Positions 61,601-64,000 of a DNA stretch of 64,000 nucleotides are shown here, in pieces (position 1 is the first letter of the stretch; each line of letters opens with the position of its first letter). The position numbers and the translations under genes are program-made. The notes under the pieces were generated by a model that saw only the letters and a list, made by a program, of their open reading frames with translations, made no database searches and was not told where the DNA came from. Location of the stretch: contig JAJZQG010000003.1 of NCBI GenBank assembly GCA_021847645.1, positions 26,775-90,774 of the forward strand. Direction: 5' to 3'. The stretch comes from Myxococcales bacterium (lineage in GTDB: Bacteria; Myxococcota_A; Polyangia; Polyangiales; Polyangiaceae).

Positions 61601-62758
61601 GTGTACTACGGTCGGCGTTGCGAGCGCGAAGGCATTGCGGGCATGTGGCGGAAGCGAATCTGGTGCGAGACGGTATCGGTGGAAACGCTGACGTCCCGTG
61701 CGGTCGTCGACTTGCTGGCGAGGTTCTCGGTGGACCCGATCGTGGCGGTACGGCCGGGCGGGCAGGGCTCGCTCGGGGCAGCGATCGAGCGGCTGCGCGA
61801 AGCGGGCCTTCGGCCGTGCATCTGGCCGATGCTCGACGACGCCGCGGGGCGGTGGGGCAGCGCGTGGAACGCGACCGCGTTTGCCGGGTGGGCGAGAGAG
61901 GTGGCCCGCGCGGCAGGCGACCCCGGCGTTTCGCACCTGGAAATCGCCTTGGATCTGGAGCCACCCATCGCGCTGATGGCGTGGGCGTTCTCGCGCGCGC
62001 GGGGTGTGCGCCGCCGGCTTGCCGGGGCAAGACCCGGTGCACGGCTGGAGATGCGGCAAGCTGCCGACGTGCTGCGTGCGCTCAACGGGCAGCTACGCGC
62101 GGACGGGTTCCGCACGATCGCGGTGGTCGCACCGGTGGTGCTGTTGGACGAGCGGGCGGCTGACGAGCGTGGCGCGCCCGGGCCGGGCGGTGGCTGGCAG
62201 GACCTGCTGGGCACGCCGGTCGACGGGATCGCATGGGACGCGGTGGCGGTCATGGCGTACTCGTCGATCGTGCGGGGCTGGTCGCGAGGGCTGCTGGACC
62301 AGCGCGCCGTGGACGCTGTTGTGCAGACGGCGAGCGCGCTTGCGGTACGGCGGTGGGGCCGGGGAGCGGTCGTGGCGCTGGGCGCGGTGGGGACCGGAGC
62401 GTTGGGCGACGAGCCGGTCTACGCGCACGTGGGCGAGCTCGAGAGGGACGTGGTCCTTGCGCGCTCGCAAGGCGTGGGCGACATCGCGTTGTTCGAGCTG
62501 GGCGGTGTGCTCGGCAGGGCAGAGCCCGAACGGTGGCTGGCGGCGCTGGACGCAGACTGGCCTGGCGCGGGCGCGCGGCCGAGTTGGCGCGCGCGCGTCG
62601 CGATTTCGGCGGCGACTGCGGTGTCCCGGATCGTCGGCGCGGCGCATGCCCGGTGGGCTCGTTCGCGGGGGGGGCCGGACGATTCGGATGCAACGCATTC
62701 GCCGGTTGCTCCCCGCGCCCGCGCGAGTGACGATGACGTCGTGGACCACGACCGATGA
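61601..62758 (+). CDS. hypothetical protein
   Basis: Long high-GC3 ORF divergent from the glycosyltransferase. The start is uncertain (MWRKRIW at 61643 possible). It overlaps the kinase start by 4 nt. Confidence 0.45.
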   Translation: MYYGRRCEREGIAGMWRKRIWCETVSVETLTSRAVVDLLARFSVDPIVAVRPGGQGSLGAAIERLREAGLRPCIWPMLDDAAGRWGSAWNATAFAGWAREVARAAGDPGVSHLEIALDLEPPIALMAWAFSRARGVRRRLAGARPGARLEMRQAADVLRALNGQLRADGFRTIAVVAPVVLLDERAADERGAPGPGGGWQDLLGTPVDGIAWDAVAVMAYSSIVRGWSRGLLDQRAVDAVVQTASALAVRRWGRGAVVALGAVGTGALGDEPVYAHVGELERDVVLARSQGVGDIALFELGGVLGRAEPERWLAALDADWPGAGARPSWRARVAISAATAVSRIVGAAHARWARSRGGPDDSDATHSPVAPRARASDDDVVDHDR

Positions 62759-63957
62759 CGACGAACGCGAGACTGGACGAAGCCCAACGCACCGCTGCCG
62801 CCGACGATCCGCTGATCGGCACGGTGCTGGCGTCGCGCTACCGCGTGGAGAAGCGCCTGGGTGCGGGCGGGATGGGAACGGTCTATCTGGCGCAGCACAT
62901 CAAGCTGCAGAAGCCGATGGCGGTGAAGGTCCTGCACAAGGAGATGTCGACGGTGACCGAGGTGGTGGCGCGGTTCGAGCGCGAGGCCATCGCCGCGGCG
63001 CGCATCGATCATCCGAACGTGGTGGCGGCCACGGACTTCGGCACGCTCGAGGATGGGTGCTTTTTCCTGGTGCTCGAGTACATCGCTGGCCGCAGCCTGC
63101 GTTCGGCCCTGGTCCCCGGGGCCATGAGCGCTCACCGCGCCTTGCATATCGCGCGTCAGATTGCAGACGCCCTGTCCGCCGCCCACGACGCCGGCATCGT
63201 GCACCGGGACCTGAAGCCGGAGAACGTGATGCTCGTCGATCGGCGGGGCAGGTCCGACGTGGTCAAGGTGCTGGACTTCGGCATTGCGAAGGTGACGTGG
63301 GAAGACGCGCGCGGCGCTCCGCAATTGACACGGCTGGGCGCGGTGTTCGGGACACCGGAGTACATGGCGCCCGAGCAGGCGGCCGGGCTGAGCGTCGACG
63401 CTCGAGCGGACCTGTACGCGCTGGGGATTCTGCTGTTCGAGATGCTCGACGGGCGTGCGCCGTTCGAGGGATCGGATCCGGTCGCCGTGGTGCAGCGCCA
63501 GATTCGGGACGCTCCGCCGCCCTTGCCTCCCAAGACGCCTCCCGATGTGGTCGCGCTGGTCACGCGCCTGCTCGCCAAGAAAGCCGATGAGCGCGTGCAG
63601 ACTGCTGCCGAGGTGGTGCGTCGCATCGACGAGATCTTGCCGCGCATCGACGCGCCGGACGCGGATCCGGTCACCAGCGTCGGAGACGCGACGATAGCGG
63701 TGGACGCGCCGACCTCGCTCGCGCTGCCGGTCGTTTCGCAGACCGATCTGGATCGAGGGCTACCTACGGTGCTGGGGGCGCGCGCGCCCGACGCGGAGCC
63801 GATCGACGTGGCGCTCAAGCGGACGGTGCTGGTGGGAACGATGCGCGTTCCGCTGTGGCTCACCGGGCTCGCGGCGATGGGCGCGGTCGTTGCGGTGCTG
63901 CTGGGCGTGGTGCTGCTGGTGAGTCTGCTGGGGGATTCCGCTCCGCGCGTGCGTTGA
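62755..63957 (+). CDS. serine/threonine protein kinase with C-terminal TM anchor
   Basis: [40 protein letters not shown]; a C-terminal hydrophobic segment. Confidence 0.85.
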   Translation: MTTNARLDEAQRTAAADDPLIGTVLASRYRVEKRLGAGGMGTVYLAQHIKLQKPMAVKVLHKEMSTVTEVVARFEREAIAAARIDHPNVVAATDFGTLEDGCFFLVLEYIAGRSLRSALVPGAMSAHRALHIARQIADALSAAHDAGIVHRDLKPENVMLVDRRGRSDVVKVLDFGIAKVTWEDARGAPQLTRLGAVFGTPEYMAPEQAAGLSVDARADLYALGILLFEMLDGRAPFEGSDPVAVVQRQIRDAPPPLPPKTPPDVVALVTRLLAKKADERVQTAAEVVRRIDEILPRIDAPDADPVTSVGDATIAVDAPTSLALPVVSQTDLDRGLPTVLGARAPDAEPIDVALKRTVLVGTMRVPLWLTGLAAMGAVVAVLLGVVLLVSLLGDSAPRVR

Positions 63958-64000
63958 TCGTCGCGGCAGGCGCGTTTTCCAACGGGCGCGGTTCCACGGC

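Overview
This is a high-GC (about 69%) chromosomal segment, most likely from a myxobacterium. The evidence for that is a MYXO-CTERM-type sorting tail, a Myxococcus-type Cys-rich repeat protein, many lipobox lipoproteins and Gly/Pro/Ala-rich linkers. Coding density is high on both strands. Genes recognised from the sequence are: maeB; a bestrophin-family channel; ffh; a thioredoxin-like lipoprotein; a TrmB-type sugar regulator; rsmI coupled to an RpoH-type sigma factor; a heterodimeric ABC exporter pair; dnaK; tRNA-Ala(CGC); rex; a skp-lpxD-fabZ-lpxA block; an MscS channel; a flotillin-like SPFH protein; a yhbH(DUF444)-spoVR pair; an FGE-sulfatase-domain lipoprotein; a glycosyltransferase; and a Ser/Thr kinase. 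The most unusual element is one uninterrupted 1012-aa ORF (18210..21248). It fuses a CBM48 domain and a complete GH13 alpha-amylase-family catalytic domain to a C-terminal radical SAM domain (CxxxCxxC) with a cysteine-poor SPASM/twitch-like tail. It sits in a putative sugar locus with a TrmB regulator, a large secreted protein, a PI-PLC-X-like lipoprotein and two strong palindromic sites. Other notable points follow. A three-subunit TAT/GMC/hexahaem-cytochrome dehydrogenase operon has a flavoprotein gene that carries an in-frame TGA plus a frameshift. A 2.2-kb region (about 57.05-59.3 kb) is decayed; it holds an IS66-family transposase remnant, a frameshifted TPR fragment, a 20-bp x about 7 tandem repeat, a diverged duplicate of the FGE gene 3' end and a truncated ExbB/TolQ fragment. 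A zinc-ribbon protein carries triple GDPNEYRSPM repeats. A 39-aa membrane peptide has a perfect SD. A Cys-rich/Kazal-like region is frame-ambiguous. There is a C9 homopolymer upstream of the tRNA. All calls rest on motif recognition by eye; no database searches were run.
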